A stretch of DNA of 64,000 bases from Neocallimastix sp. 'constans' (GCA_050613775.1 JBODTK010000011.1:186001-250000); one strand, 5' to 3'. Numbered from the stretch's first letter, positions 12,727 to 26,739 are shown. Notes: generated by a model not told the origin, from the letters alone. Numbers and translations: made by a program.

Positions 12727-13303
12727 TGTAATGAATCCGTCAATTAAAACAGATTATAACAATAAAAAACACTTTACAATTTAAACAAAAAAGTAAATTC
12801 TTTTATTATTAAATTCTTTTTATTAATTATAAAATTCTTTTATGTTATTAACTGTAAAATAGTTAATAACTAATACATCGATTTAATTGAGAAAAATTAC
12901 ATGTATTTATAGTTTTTTTCTTATTACATTATTAATATATGATGTTATTTATTAATATATATAAAACTATTTATTTATAAACAAAAGGTTTTTTAATTAA
13001 TAATTTTTATTATTTATTAATTTACTAAAACTAAAATTAATTTTTTAAACTCTTTATTTTATTTATTATTTTAATACTTATAATAATTTTAATTATATAT
13101 TTAATATTGAAAAACTATTTTTATAAATATTAACTATTTAAGATTATTCCTAAATTAATATTTAACTATTTAAAACTAAACTAAGTTAACTAAACTAATT
13201 AAAAAATATTTTCAATTTAAAAAGAATAATTAAATTTTATTTCAATAAATTTTATATTAAAAAAATAATTCATATACATTAAATAAATTAATTGTACGAA
13301 AAA
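12727..13303 (-). repeat. Partial gypsy-type LTR related to the solo LTR at 959-1727
   Basis: Minus-strand end GGATTCATTACA; 12844-12940 matches the reverse complement of ~1500-1595; cut off by the copia LTR at 13304. Confidence 0.75.
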
Positions 13304-13539
13304 TGTTAGAAGATAGAAATAGTAATTGAATTAATTATAATTTTTATATAACTTACCCAATCACATTAACTTTAATATAATCATAAAAATGAATAAAATA
13401 AATACTTTTACATAAATGTTAAGATAGATCCTTTTTTTTTATAAGAAATATTCTAATAATTTATGTCATAATAAATTTAATAACAAATGTCCCTTTATAA
13501 TCTTAATTTATGTTTTATTACCATTTTTGTGTTTTAATA
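13304..13539 (+). repeat. 5' LTR of copia A
   Basis: TGTTAGAAG...TTTTAATA; differs from the 3' LTR by one substitution and a T-run length. Confidence 0.95.
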
Positions 13540-13553
13540 GATTAAGAGTCTCA
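13540..13553 (+). promoter_or_regulatory. Copia PBS complementary to the tRNA-Lys(CUU) anticodon arm
   Basis: GATTAAGAGTCTCA immediately after the LTR. Confidence 0.85.
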
Positions 13554-14479
13554 GGTCTACACCTGAGCTTGCTTCAAAGTTAAGTTATATTCTAAATAAT
13601 ATTTATATACATATTAAAGCATAATTATTATTAAATAGTTTAACTAATGCTATTTTTTTTTCACAATCATTACTTTATATATTATAAGAACAACAGGAAA
13701 CAATTTTTAAATAAAAAAGTAAAATAATAATTTATATTTCATGAAAATACAATTAAAAAAAAAAAAAAAAAAAAAAAAAACTGAAAAATAAAATAAATGT
13801 CAGTTAATCATAAATTAAACACAAAAAAAAAATCGATTAATTATTGATCAAACTGAAAATTAGAGTATGGTTAGATAATTATTAAACTGAAATTCAAAAT
13901 GAATAATAACAATATTACTATTATACAAAAAAAAAAGGATGAAGGAAAAGTCAGTTAATTAATAATTAAACTCAAAGCAAAACAAAAGTTAGATTATTGT
14001 TTATTAAGATTAAAACGACATGACAGTCAGTAAATAATGATTAAACTCGATATATAAATATATAAATAATTAAATTAAAAATATGACATAAAAAATATAA
14101 GTAATATTATATTTATTGTATAATCATTCACCACGTGTTAATCAAACAGTATAAATATTTATCAACAATAATAAAAAGTGTAAACAATTAATTAAATAAT
14201 TAATTTGCGTAACTTAAATAGAGGGATACTAAAAAAAATAAAAAATATAAAGCGTTTATCATATATACTTAAATTTTATCAAAAAATAAAAATATCATTC
14301 AATAGAATTAATCAAATATAAAATCAACTGATATATATTATAGTAAACAATAAGACAATAATAAACCAATATCAAGTGATATAAATACTCAAAATAAAAT
14401 CTAAATTGAAATTTTAATAAAAAATATATATAAAATAATAATAAACAAAACTTTAATCATCAAATTAGTTTTACTTTAA

Positions 14480-17400
14480 AAGGCTAACAGAAGAAACAGA
14501 CAGACCATCAATATTGAATCAAACCAAATCGTAACACCTTCCATCAATTTCAACTATTCTGAGAACTTCAGTAGAGTAGTTGAATTGACACCTGAAAACT
14601 ATAATCGATGGAAAACCAAAATGTTATATCTCTTATCAATAAATAATATTGTAAGTTATATCACACAAGAAAAGGTTAAGAAAATCCGAAAAAAAAGATA
14701 TTAAAGGTGATATCTCAGAATATGTCCAAGATGAATTTGAAGATACAATGTTATACGAAAAAAACACGAATATCATCGACATTAACAACGATATCATGGC
14801 AAAATGGATCATATTGAATAGTCTTGGTGAAAAAACTCAAGACATTGTCCAAGGAGGAAGCAAAACAGCTTTTGAGGTCTGGAACGTTCTCAAAAGATCA
14901 TTTACAAAAAATATGAATATAAGGAAAATAGAACTAAGAAATAAATTAGAAACCATCAAATACAACGAAGAATCGGATATTTATTTTCATTGCAGAAATG
15001 CAAAATATAATTGATGAACTAGAAAAAATTGATAATGACATGGAACCCTCTACCAAAGTAGGAATTCTGAATAGGGCACTACCCGAAAACTTAAGGTTTA
15101 TAAACGTATTCCAATATAAAGATAACTGGAATAAATGTAGGGATTATGTTACAAATGTAATCCCTGAAATAATTTCGTCCAATTTAAAAGAATCAAGTAA
15201 ACTTAACTCCCAGGATAATAATATATTTTTAGCTGAAAGTAAAGAAAATACCAATCGTAAAAAGACAAAAAAGGAAAACCCCACAACTAAAAATGGAAGA
15301 TATAACTTTTGTGGAAAATGGGGTCACTACTTCAGAGAATGTCGTAAAAGGAAAACCAATAAATTCATTATTAAAAAAGGAAGAAAATTTACTAAATACA
15401 AAAGAAATAATTTTAAAAGAAAAACCTTTAAAAGTAAAAGATATGCTAATTCATTGGGTAAAAATAACTACGATACATCTTTTTCAAATGCATTTACAAA
15501 AGATATTAATAACTATGAAAATTTAGACGACAATGCATCAAATTTAAGTTTAAATATTGCAACAATAACTAATAACAACACAAATAAATTCAATAAAAAG
15601 GATATGATTTGTTTGACCTTAGACTCAGGTGCATCTGTAAATATTACAAATCATCTCAACATATTAAAAAATATTAAGAAGAATAATGAAAAAATTTACC
15701 TTTAGAACAATCAATATATAACAACAAAGTTGATTGGCGATCTTACAGGTTATGTAAATAACCATAAAATTACAATTAATAATGTGTATTTTTCACCAGA
15801 ATTCAATAATAATTTAATCTCAATAAGTAACCTTATCAAACAGGGTTTTAAAATAGTATTTAATACTTCAAGTAATAAACCATGCGCTATACTATACAAT
15901 CAAGATAGTCAGCGAATAATAAGTATACCTTCAAACAACTCAAACACATTTAAAATATGGATTTCAACACATCCATTAAATTTCACAAACAGTAATTATG
16001 ATACTAATTATTCAAATGAATTAAATTACATACACATGAAATCAATCGATAAAATTAACTTATGGCACAGAAGGTTTGCGCACTTCAATATAAATGGTAT
16101 TAAAAACAAGTTGTTAAAAATCAACATTCATACAAAATGCCCACTATGCGCTAACTCAAAGTTAAAAAATAAACCATTTCAACCATCTGACAACAAATCA
16201 AAATACACCTTTGAATTAATCCATATGGATCTGGTTGGACCAATACCAGATTCAATTTATGGATCAAAATATTTTTTTACTATTCTGGATGACTTTTCCA
16301 GATATAGTTGGATACTTTTTCTGAAAAATAAAAACGAAACTTTTAATTTATTTTTTAATTGGTTTAATCAAATAAAAAATCAATTTAACCAAAGGATTAA
16401 ATATATTCGTACCGATAACGGTACTGAATTTAAGAATAACTTGTTCAAACAGTTTTGTTATAATTATGGTATTAAGCATCAGTTTACTGTGCCCTATAAC
16501 CCCCAACAAAATGGTAGGACAGAACGACTCAATGGTACCCTTATTAATACAGCTAAAACTATGCTTAATGATGCTAAACTAAGCTACCAGTTCTGGGAAG
16601 ACGCAGTTGCTACCGCCAACTATATCCACAACAGGCTTCCTCATAAAGGAATTAATAATAGGATACCTTTTGAAACATTAACAAAACGAAAGGTTTACTA
16701 CAATAATATCAGAGTCTTCGGTTGCAAGGTATTTTATTTCATACCTAAAACATTTAGATCCAAGTTCCAAAACAACGCTTCTCCTGGAATATTTCTTAGA
16801 TACTCTGAAAATCCTACTGCCTATAAAATACTGGATATAACCAATAATAAAATTATTATTTCCCGCAACGTAGAATTTTTTGAATTTTCCCCAGGCAACT
16901 CCTCATTATCAAACTGCAAAAGTAATATCACTAATTTTATTCCCAATTATATAATCAGGGAGGACTATGACCATTATTTTCAGGAAAATTCTTATAGTAC
17001 AAACAATGATAATTACAATTATTTCAATAATAATACCAATCAAAACTTATTACCTAAATTATCCATCTTATTATCACAATCATAACACAGAGCACCCACT
17101 AAATAACAACAACAAAATTATATATAAAAAACAGCATATCAAACGAAAACATCAAAATACAAATTATACAAATGAACAGGTAAGTAACATTAATAATAAT
17201 TATGAACATAATATTAATAGTGATAAGAATATTAGCAAAGATAATAATAATGAAAACAATAAAAAAACTGAAAATAGCAATAAAAACGATCCTAACAATA
17301 ATAATGATACCACAATAAACACCAACACACATAATAACAAAAATACTAACATTAAAAATAAAAATACTAGAATTAATAACCATAACAATATAGAAAATAC

Positions 17401-17991
17401 CAGTTCAATAAATGTGAACAATAATAATTTAAATAACAATTCCAATGATAATCAAATTAATATTAATAATATTACAAATTGTAATCCACATAACAATAAA
17501 TCAAAAAAAACTATTAAAAGAAAAATAAATGACAACAACATCACCAACAACAAAAATAAGAAACAAAAATTAATAAAGAATTTACGTGAATCAAATAATT
17601 ATGATGATATATTCAATTTAATAGACAAAAATAAATGGTTAGATTCAGTAAACGATGAACTGAATAATATGAAGAAATTAAATGTATACAATTCAATCGA
17701 CAATATTCCACCGGGTGCTAATTTAATATCATCGAGATGGATATTTACATACAAACAAAACGATAAAGGAGAAATAATCAAACGTAAATCAAGATTAGTA
17801 GCGAAGGGCTATACCCAACAATTCGGTATAGATTACAAGGAAACTTTCTCCCCCACACTTAAACAAGATTCAATAAGAATTTTCACTTCAATATCTGCAC
17901 AACACAACTTCAATATCGAACAAATAGATGTGAACGCAGCATATTTAAATGCTGGATTAAAGGAAGACTTATATATGAAACCTCCAAAGGG
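14480..17991 (+). pseudogene. Copia A gag-pol, 5' part (Gag, knuckle, PR, GAG-pre-integrase, IN, RT start)
   Basis: ORFs at 14748, 14998, 15730 and 16967; LDSGAS, LWHRRFAH, ELIHMDL, RTDNGTEF, RWIFTYK...KSRLVAKG; several frameshifts and stops; start position approximate. Confidence 0.92.
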
Positions 17992-20900
17992 ATGAAAAAA
18001 TAATTAATCTTAAACAAGTTCATTTGGGTAAAGCGGCATTTTTCACTATTGAATTTAGAAGACTGGCAAATCGTATAGGGTGGCCAGATGACGTGAACAT
18101 TGACCTGATAAGAAGAGGCTTAGTAGAAGAGGTGCGTAAAAAATTTGAAAAGTTGGAGAAACCTAAAAATTTATTTGAGGCTACCAATATCATTATTGGA
18201 ATCGACAAGAAGTGTTTCATAGAACAAGAATTGAAAATTAAAGAACAAAAGAAAAATACTATTTCGAAAACGTTTAGAAGGAAGCAGTATGAATTTAACA
18301 AGTCTTCATTAAAAAATAATCATAAGAATAAATTTAATAAACATCACGGCAAAGAAGAATTATTGTCAGCAAACTATACTCCAAGTTCAAATAATTCTAT
18401 GACGACCACTTTCCTCATAATTGTAAACGAAAAAAAGATTAATCTTAATGCTTTAATTGACTCAGGATCTGCAAGGAGTTATCTTTGTAAAGATTTCGTT
18501 CAGGCTCATAGAATTCCAAAAGTAAACCTCCCTACACCTATGAGTATACAACTTCCCAACCAAAAAGGAATGATAGTTAAACAAACAACTAAAAAACTAG
18601 AATTAATATTCATGGATCATAAGGAACTCTACGAATTTTTTATTGCAAATCTACAGTTAAATGGAATAGCCTTAATATTAAGAAGAGATTGGCTAAATCT
18701 TCACCAACCATACATCAATTTCAGAACGAATAAAATATATTTCCTCGAGGATCATTGTCTTTCTCACTGTCCATCCTCAAAAGGAAATAAATTTATTTTC
18801 CATAACAAAAACACAACCGCAACAATTATTTCCGATACAGCAGTAAATGATCAAATTATTCCTAGTTCCCTATCCGAGGACGAACTTTACGATTTCGATG
18901 TTTGTGCTGCAATTCCCGATTTAGGTGAAAATGTTAAACAAAAAATAATTAATGAATACTATCCAGACCTGTTAATAGTTTTCGAAAAGAAGGAAGAAGA
19001 TAAGCTTTCACCTCATCGTGAGTATGAAATATCCATTGACTTGATTCCAGGAGGCCAGTTATACTACGGTCCTATATATTCTCTAACAGTCGTAGAAATG
19101 CAAGCATTAAGGGAATATTTAAAAGAAAACTTAGCTAAGGGCTTCATAAGAAAATCAAAGTCACCTGCTGGAGCTCCAATTTTATTTGTCATAAAACAAG
19201 ATGGAACTTTGAGGCTCTGCGTAGATTATAGGAGGTTGAATTTCATTACCATCCGAAACAGTTATCCTATCCCAAGACTTTCAGATCTTATGGAATCGTT
19301 CAAGGGAGCAAAAATTTTTACCCGTTTATACCTACGTTCAGCGTACAACTTGGTTCGTGTTAAGGAAGGACACGAATACCTTACTGCTTTTAGGACTCCA
19401 ATTGGCCATTTTGAATATTTGGTCATGCCTTTTGGACTCCGTAACGCCCCTTCCATTTTCCAAAGATTTATCCAGGACGTTTTGGCAGATTGCATAGGTT
19501 TCTATGTTCAAGTATACTTAAACGATATAATTATTTATTCCCCCTCTACCGATGTACACGTGAAACATGTCCGTACTGTCTTAAAATTACTAATTGACCA
19601 TGGTCTCTATGTCAAATTGGAGAAGTGTGACTTTCATGTTAAGGAAACAAAGTTTTTGGGTTTCATAGTATCCATCGAAGGTCTAACTATGGATAAAGGT
19701 AAACTCATATCTATTATCGACTGGCCCGCTCCAAAGAACGTTAAGGAACTTCAGAGCTTCCTAGGACTCTGCAACTTCTATCGCAAATTCATTAAAAATT
19801 TCTCTACAATTATTGAACCTCTTTGAACCCTCTTGAAGAAGAACACTGACTTTATTTGGGACGTTAGGGCAGACAATGCCTTCAATGAATTAAAGAATGC
19901 TTTCTCTGGTAACGAAGTACTCATCTACCCGGATCCTGAAAAGGAATTCGTAGTGGAAACCGATGCCAGCGATTATGCTGTTGGATGCATCCTTTCCCAA
20001 GTTTTTTATAAAGATAGTCAACTTCACCCAATCGCATTCTACTCCAGATCACTCACTACTGCAGAAGCAAACTACACAATTTATGATAAAGAGCTTCTCG
20101 CAATTATCGTAGCTTTCGATGTCTGGAGGCACCATTTAGAAGGTGCTAAATTCCCTGTACAAGTCATAACTGATCATAAAAACCTCCTTTACTTCAAGAA
20201 ACCTCAAAACCTTAACCAACGCCAAATCAGATGGAGCTTATTTTTATCGAAGTTTACTTTCAGAATTTCATACAGAGCTGGTAATAAAAGTGGTAAACCC
20301 GACTCACTGTCAAGAAGACCAGATTACATACCAAAAGGAAGAAATAATACTACAGTTAACCCTATTCTTAATGAAGACATCTTCTGTTGTACTACAAATG
20401 ATAATTTAAACTCCTTAATTAAGGCTCAAAATGAGGATAGCTATTGTAAAGGAATACTTCAGAAAATTTCAGATAATAATGGATCAGTTAAATGTTCTCT
20501 TTTCAGCGTCATTAAAGGTGTTCTCCATTTCCAAAAAAGAATAATCGTTCCATCCACCCTCAGAGGTAAGGTACTCAAATCATTCCATGATACCCCAACA
20601 AATGGTCACCAAGGTGTAGATAAAACACTTGAAAAACTTAAGCGGTTTTATTGGTGGCCTAATATGATCAAGGACGTTCAAAACTACGTCAGCTCTTGTA
20701 CAATCTGTGGAAGAAACAAAATACGCCGCCATAAGTCTTATGATAAGACTCATCCACTTCCAGTTCCCAACAAGCCGTGGGAAATTATCGGCGTTGATTT
20801 TATAGTTTCTCTCCCAAGTTCACAAAATTGTACGTGCATCATGGTTGTTGCCGATCATCTTACCAAGATGATTCACTTAGTGCCTTGTTCTGATGTTCCA

Positions 20901-22481
20901 ACTGCCGATCTAACCGCCTAAAAGCTTCTATTTAATATTTTTACGTATCACGGCTTTCCAAGAATAATTATTTCCGATCATGGCGCCCAGTTTTCATCCG
21001 AGTTCTGGACTTCACTCTGCTCCGCCTTGAATACAAAACCCAGACTCGCTACGGCGCACCATCAACAATCCAATGGTCAAGTGGAACGGGCTAATTCTGT
21101 AATTGAGCAATATCTTCATTGTTATTGTTCTACTGCTCAGAGCGAATGGAACTTTTACCTTCCCTTATGTGAGATGGCATAAAATAATTCTCTACATAAA
21201 TCAATTGGAATGTCCCCTTTTCGCGCAAACTATGGATTTAACCCGGTTTGTAATATTGACGCTCCTCCAGTTTTGCTTAAAGATAACGCTTCGGTCTTTA
21301 CTAGGGATTGGTCCGCTCATTTCGATGCACTTAGAGTTCATCTTACTAAAGCAAAAGAAGACATCAAAAATATTCTGATTCTAGAAAAGCTTTCGGCCCT
21401 TCCTTCAAAGTTGGTGATCTTGTTTGGCTAAAGCGTTACTATTTTACCAATGAACCCGCTAAAAAACTATCAAATCAATATTTAGGTCCGTTCAAGATCA
21501 TTGAAGTGCGGGAAAGAATGAACTACCGGTTAGAACTACCAGAAAATCTTCACTTACACCCGGTATTTCATATCTCACAACTGGAGCTATACACCAAAAG
21601 GAAACCTGAACTAAATGATCATTAGAAGCGGCAATGTAAGAAATTATACTTATTGTTATAAGTCTATATTTCTTAATCCTTAATAATTATAAAATAATTA
21701 TTAAGTTTACTTAATTTTATAAATTATTAATTATTAATAATGAAGCAAATTTTATTAAATTATGTATTAAATTTTACTAAATTTATTTTGTATTTATTTT
21801 CTATGTATTTCTATATTCATTTCTGTATTTAATTCTGTATTTTTCTTAATTTTATTTTATTTCGTAAGTTAATTCGGTTAAATTGTTAAAGTGTGAATTA
21901 ATTTAACCGTTTAACTTACGTAATTTAGAACATCGGTTATTAAGGTTTTTCCATAAAAATGGTTTTACTTAATAATACAATTACCAATAAGTATAGATTA
22001 TTGGTTGAAATTTTTCCAGGTTTTTCTACTAATCTTTTCCTGGAAAGTATTTTGTTAAGATTAGAAATTTCTTTATTTCTTTATTTTAAAGTATAAAAAG
22101 GATTCTTGAGTTTCCTTTCGAAAATCAAGAGTTATTATTATAAGAAATTGTAATAATAATAATAATAAATATTTATAATCCTTTAAATAAAATATTTAAA
22201 TTTTAAATAAAAAATTTTGTAATAATTCTTAAAATAAAATTTATAATAAAAATATAAAATAGTTTAATAATAAAACATATTAATAAATTATTATAAAACA
22301 TATTTTTTATTTTTCCTTTCACACTTAGTGTTTTTAAATTTATTATAGTTTCTTATAATAAACTCTCTCTAAAGATAAGTATCTAAATTATTATTTTATT
22401 TTGTTCTAATTAATATTAATATTAATAGAGATAATAATTTCTATATTCTTGTAGAAATTATTACATTTAGGATTCGTTACA
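17992..22481 (+). mobile_element. Ty3/gypsy element G2, 5'-truncated, nested in the copia A RT
   Basis: Gag C-terminus, PR ALIDSGS, RT (LRLCVDYR, YLVMPFGL, YLND), RNase H (ETDASD, DKELLAI), IN with GPF motif, no chromodomain seen; PPT-like AGAAGCGGCAA; 3' LTR at 21635-22481. Copia RT resumes afterwards (KLNKAIYGLKQSG). Confidence 0.93.
21635..22481 (+). repeat. 3' LTR of G2 (~847 bp)
   Basis: TGTAAG...GGATTCGTTACA; TATA at 22092; end resembles that of the LTR at 12727. Confidence 0.8.
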
Positions 22482-23602
22482 ATAACAAAAGATACAGGAA
22501 ATTAAATAAAGCTATCTATGGGTTAAAGCAAAGTGGTGCTCAATGGAACGATGAACTCAATAGATACCTCATTGAAATAGGATATAAAAGATTATTCTCT
22601 GAACCTTGTTTATACATAAAATGTAACAGAAATGGGAAACTACTATCTATACTCGCTGTATATGTTGACGATATATTAATAGCTGGAACAAATAATATTA
22701 TTGAGAAAATTAAATATTTAATTAGAAAAAGATTTAAAATTAAAGAAATAGGTAATGTAGATTATATAATTGGTATAAAATTTGTCAAACATAAAAATGG
22801 TTACCTTTTGAATCAATCTAGATACATATATGATTTATTAGCTCGACATGACATGATAGACTGTAAACCAATTAGAAATATAACACCAGTAGAAAATAAA
22901 AGTCTCCAAGAAATAAGAATTGATGAAACAAAATATCGAAGTCTGATAGGAAACTTATTATACCTTGCTATATGCACTAGGCCAGATATAATATATGCAG
23001 TATCTAAAGCAGCCAAAAAATCTAAGGAACCAAATTTGGAAGATTGGGAAAATGTTATTCGAATTCTCAGATATCTAAAAGGTACGATAAATTATGGAAT
23101 AAATTTCTCAAGAAATCCAGATGTAAAAGCCTTTGTTGATGCAGATTACGCTGGTGACCTTGAAACAAGAAGATCGACCACAGGTTTCCTGATTACTATA
23201 GGTAATACTCCGACTAATTGGTGTTCAAAATTACAGCATTGTATATCAACATCAACTGCTGAAGCAGAATACTACAGTCTTAGTGAATGTAGTAAACATT
23301 GTATATGGTATATGAATTTATTAAATGAATTAAGAATGAACATAAAAAATATTGAAATCTATATTGATAATAAAGCAGCAATATATAATGCTAAGAATCA
23401 ATCTATAAATCCAAAAACTAAACATATGGATATTAGAGTTCATTATATACGGGAACTAGTCAAGGAAAACAAAATTAAATTGAATTACATAAAATCACAG
23501 AATAATCTTGCTGATGGGTTTACAAAATACTTGAACAATTCGTTAATGGACAAGTTCCGTAATTCAATATTAACATCAATTAATAATCTAAAACATTTAT
23601 AA
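22482..23602 (+). pseudogene. Copia A pol, 3' part (RT core and RNase H)
   Basis: YGLKQSG, VYVDDILI, TRPDI, DADYAG, SKLQHCISTSTAEAEY, KTKHMDIR, NLADGFTK. Confidence 0.93.
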
Positions 23603-23647
23603 AATATACAAATATAACTCTTAATGAAAGTTATATTTGAGGAGGAA

Positions 23648-23880
23648 TGTTAGAAGATAGAAATAGTAATTGAATTAATTATAATTTTTATATAACTTAC
23701 CCAATCACATTAACTTTAATATAATCATAAAAATGAATAAAATAAATACTTTTACATAAATGTTAAGATAGATCCTTTTTTATAAGAAATATTCTAATAA
23801 TTTATGTCATAATAAATTTAATAACAAATGTCCCTTTATAATCTTAACTTATGTTTTATTACCATTTTTGTGTTTTAATA
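23648..23880 (+). repeat. 3' LTR of copia A
   Basis: Direct repeat of 13304-13539. Confidence 0.95.
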
Positions 23881-24101
23881 ATTTTATTATTAAATTAGTT
23901 ATTTTCTTATCAATATTGTTATGTTATGTTATAATATAAATTTATATTACTATTGTTAATATTCTTTATTTTGTTATTACTATTATTAATATTCTTAATT
24001 TTGTTACTACTAAAGTATATTTTAATGAAATTATAAAATTAAATTGTCAAATATTTTCTATAAATATATAAATATGTATATATATTTATAATCTTTTAGC
24101 A

Positions 24102-24938
24102 CTACAATGATCTGAATTTGTTAGTAAGTTTATATCTAACAAAGTAAGCTTTACATGTAAAATTGACCATTGGTATATTATTAACAGTACGTTCATTAAT
24201 AATAATATAATTTACTTTTATCAATGGAAAAATATTGCCATTAATATAACAAAACGTATCTCTAGAAAGAAGATCTGACATCTCATACAAATAATCATCT
24301 CCACAATAAACGTTAGTACCGTTCTTTTTTTTTCCTTTAAATGAATCTCTAAAATAGCGAATATTAATATATTCGGTATTATTATTTCCTTTATTTACAA
24401 TACCAGTATAGATCCAATTTTGATTAAATGTTACATTATTTTTTTTTAACATGTTATAAATAGGAGAAGATCCATTGATATGTTTAATATAATCCGAAAT
24501 TAGTATTTGCATACGAGAATCGATAAATCGAATAAATTCAATAAATTTTTTCATTGGTTCAGTTTCGTTATCGGAAATTCGATGTATAAAATTAATTTGA
24601 ACAAAATTGTTTTTATTAAGATGGTAATGAGACATTGGAATAGATAAAGAAGGTAAATCCATTAACGTAATTCCAGAACTAATTTTTAAAGGTCCTAAAA
24701 TTAGATTATTGGTATTATTGAAACATTTGATATCAAATCGAAACATGTTATTATTTTTAGTTAAGGGTACAACTTCTCTAAAATTCATAGTAGATATCAT
24801 ACTTTGAAATATCACATCTGTACTGCATGATGATGATAAGATACGATGATAATAATCTATTCTTGAATTACTAGACTTATTAGAAGAATTTATCGACCTG
24901 ACAAGTTGTTACGAACTTTCAAAATTCTTTCATTCCAT
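24102..24938 (-). pseudogene. Intronless gene, possibly an NCLDV-type (T7 gp2.5-like OB-fold) ssDNA-binding protein
   Basis: 237-codon open stretch; in-frame ATG at 24938 followed by two nonsense codons; helix KKFIEFIRFIDSRMQ and terminal strands PLIKVNYIII...VNFTCKAYFVRY. The family call is pattern-based only. Confidence 0.4.
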
Positions 24939-25688
24939 TTTAAATTTTAATTCTTTTTAATACATAAATTATTTAATTTAAAAATTTACTATTAAATTTT
25001 AATACATTTATTATTTAATTTAAAAATTTTCTATTAAATTTATATACATTAATGAGTTATTTACTATTAAATTTTTAATTTAATTTTTCATTTTAAACAA
25101 ATTAGAAAACGATTCAAATTTATTATATATGTCAAAATCTTTTTTGTATAAACTTCTAATCATTATAAACTATTAATTTTATTACTATTTTTATTATTTT
25201 TTAAAAAATAATTCAAATATAAACATATTTATATTACTATTTATATACTTTCTTTTATTAAAGTCATTTCATATTATATAAAAGAATATTTATAATTGAT
25301 TAGTAATATAATAATATTATATAATAATTTAAAAAAAAATAATATATATAAAAACTAATATTATTTATATTTTTTTTAAAACAAAAAATTATAACTTTAA
25401 TATTTAATAAAAGTTGAATTGAATATAAAATTCCAAATTTTTAATCAATAATATATTCAAGGAATTATATTTAAATAATACTTATAAAATATTTAAAACT
25501 AATAAATAATTTAAATTTAAATATTATTAAAAAATTATAAATTTAATAAAAGTTTTAAATAATTCTTTTACAGTATGAATAATAATATACTAAAGATTCA
25601 CATAATAAGATAAGTAAAAATATTAAAGTTAAATATAATTCGATAATTAATATTTGATTGTAATACAACTTTATTTGAAAATGAAGTT

Positions 25689-26560
25689 TTGACGTCTCCA
25701 AATGGTAACTATATTTTCTATTTACAACCATCTGGAAATTTAGTATTAAAACAATATCATAGAACTTTATGGTTATCAAAGACAGCATTTGTTGAACCTT
25801 TTGATCCTCTATATCATGTAGCATTTTCTTGTTATGATGAATTAATATTAAGAGATAAATTTAAACATATTATGTGGAGAACTATAAATTTCGATTACAT
25901 TTCTATTTATAAGAAAAATGATACAGAAAGTAACTATACTTATGAAAACCTATCAAAATCAAATATTATGGAAGATTAAATTGTAAAACATTAAATATAT
26001 TTACTCCAGAATGCAATACAATTTATTCATTAATACCAATGTTTTACAAGGAAGATGAATGGCTAAATTTAATATACGGAAAGGTTTATAAACATAATAT
26101 TTTATTATATGATATTACTAAAAAATAACCAAAATGATGAGCCGATATTTTCTATTAATTTAAATAAAAAATGATAATATTTATGTTAATAATAACAAAT
26201 ATTTATTTCATGAAAAATATTACAAGCAAGATGATTCTTATGAAATAAGTTTAATAGAAAAGAAAATAGATCATAATAAATATAAATAGTATTTTGAGAA
26301 GATTGGTAGTAATACGTGTTTTATATCTGCAGCTAAACATAATTTATACATGAGAGTTATTAAAAAATAGAATTACATTAGGTGAATGTGATGAAAAAGT
26401 TATTTTGAAATATGTTATATTTTAAAACATCAAAATCTATAAAAAGCAGTAAATAAATGCTTTAGCGGTATTGATGATAATGATGATCCCTATCTCAATA
26501 TGAAATAAGGCTAAGTAGTTGTAATAGACATGATGAAAAACAAATGTGGTAATTCATATC
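25689..26560 (+). pseudogene. Decayed lectin gene: bulb-type (B) lectin domain followed by ricin-B-like remnants
   Basis: SPNGNYIFYLQPSGNLVLKQYHRTLW; downstream fragments ITLGECDEK and NKCFSG; many stops. Confidence 0.6.
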
Positions 26561-26739
26561 TGATATATCTTCTATATCAAATTAATGGAATATTGAATTA
26601 ATATATATAGTTGTTTTTATTTCTATAAAAATAAATAATGTTATACCATTACTATATAATATTAATTACAAAAATAAAAAAGAATATTTAATAATAAAAA
26701 TAGGTCTAATAAAAAAAATTGGAAAATAAAAAAATAGAA

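Larger units (their letters stand above)
13304..23880 (+). mobile_element. Ty1/copia element A with both LTRs, interrupted by gypsy G2
   Basis: Near-identical LTRs at 13304-13539 and 23648-23880; PBS at 13540; PPT GAGGAGGAA; gag-PR-IN-RT-RH order. Confidence 0.95.
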
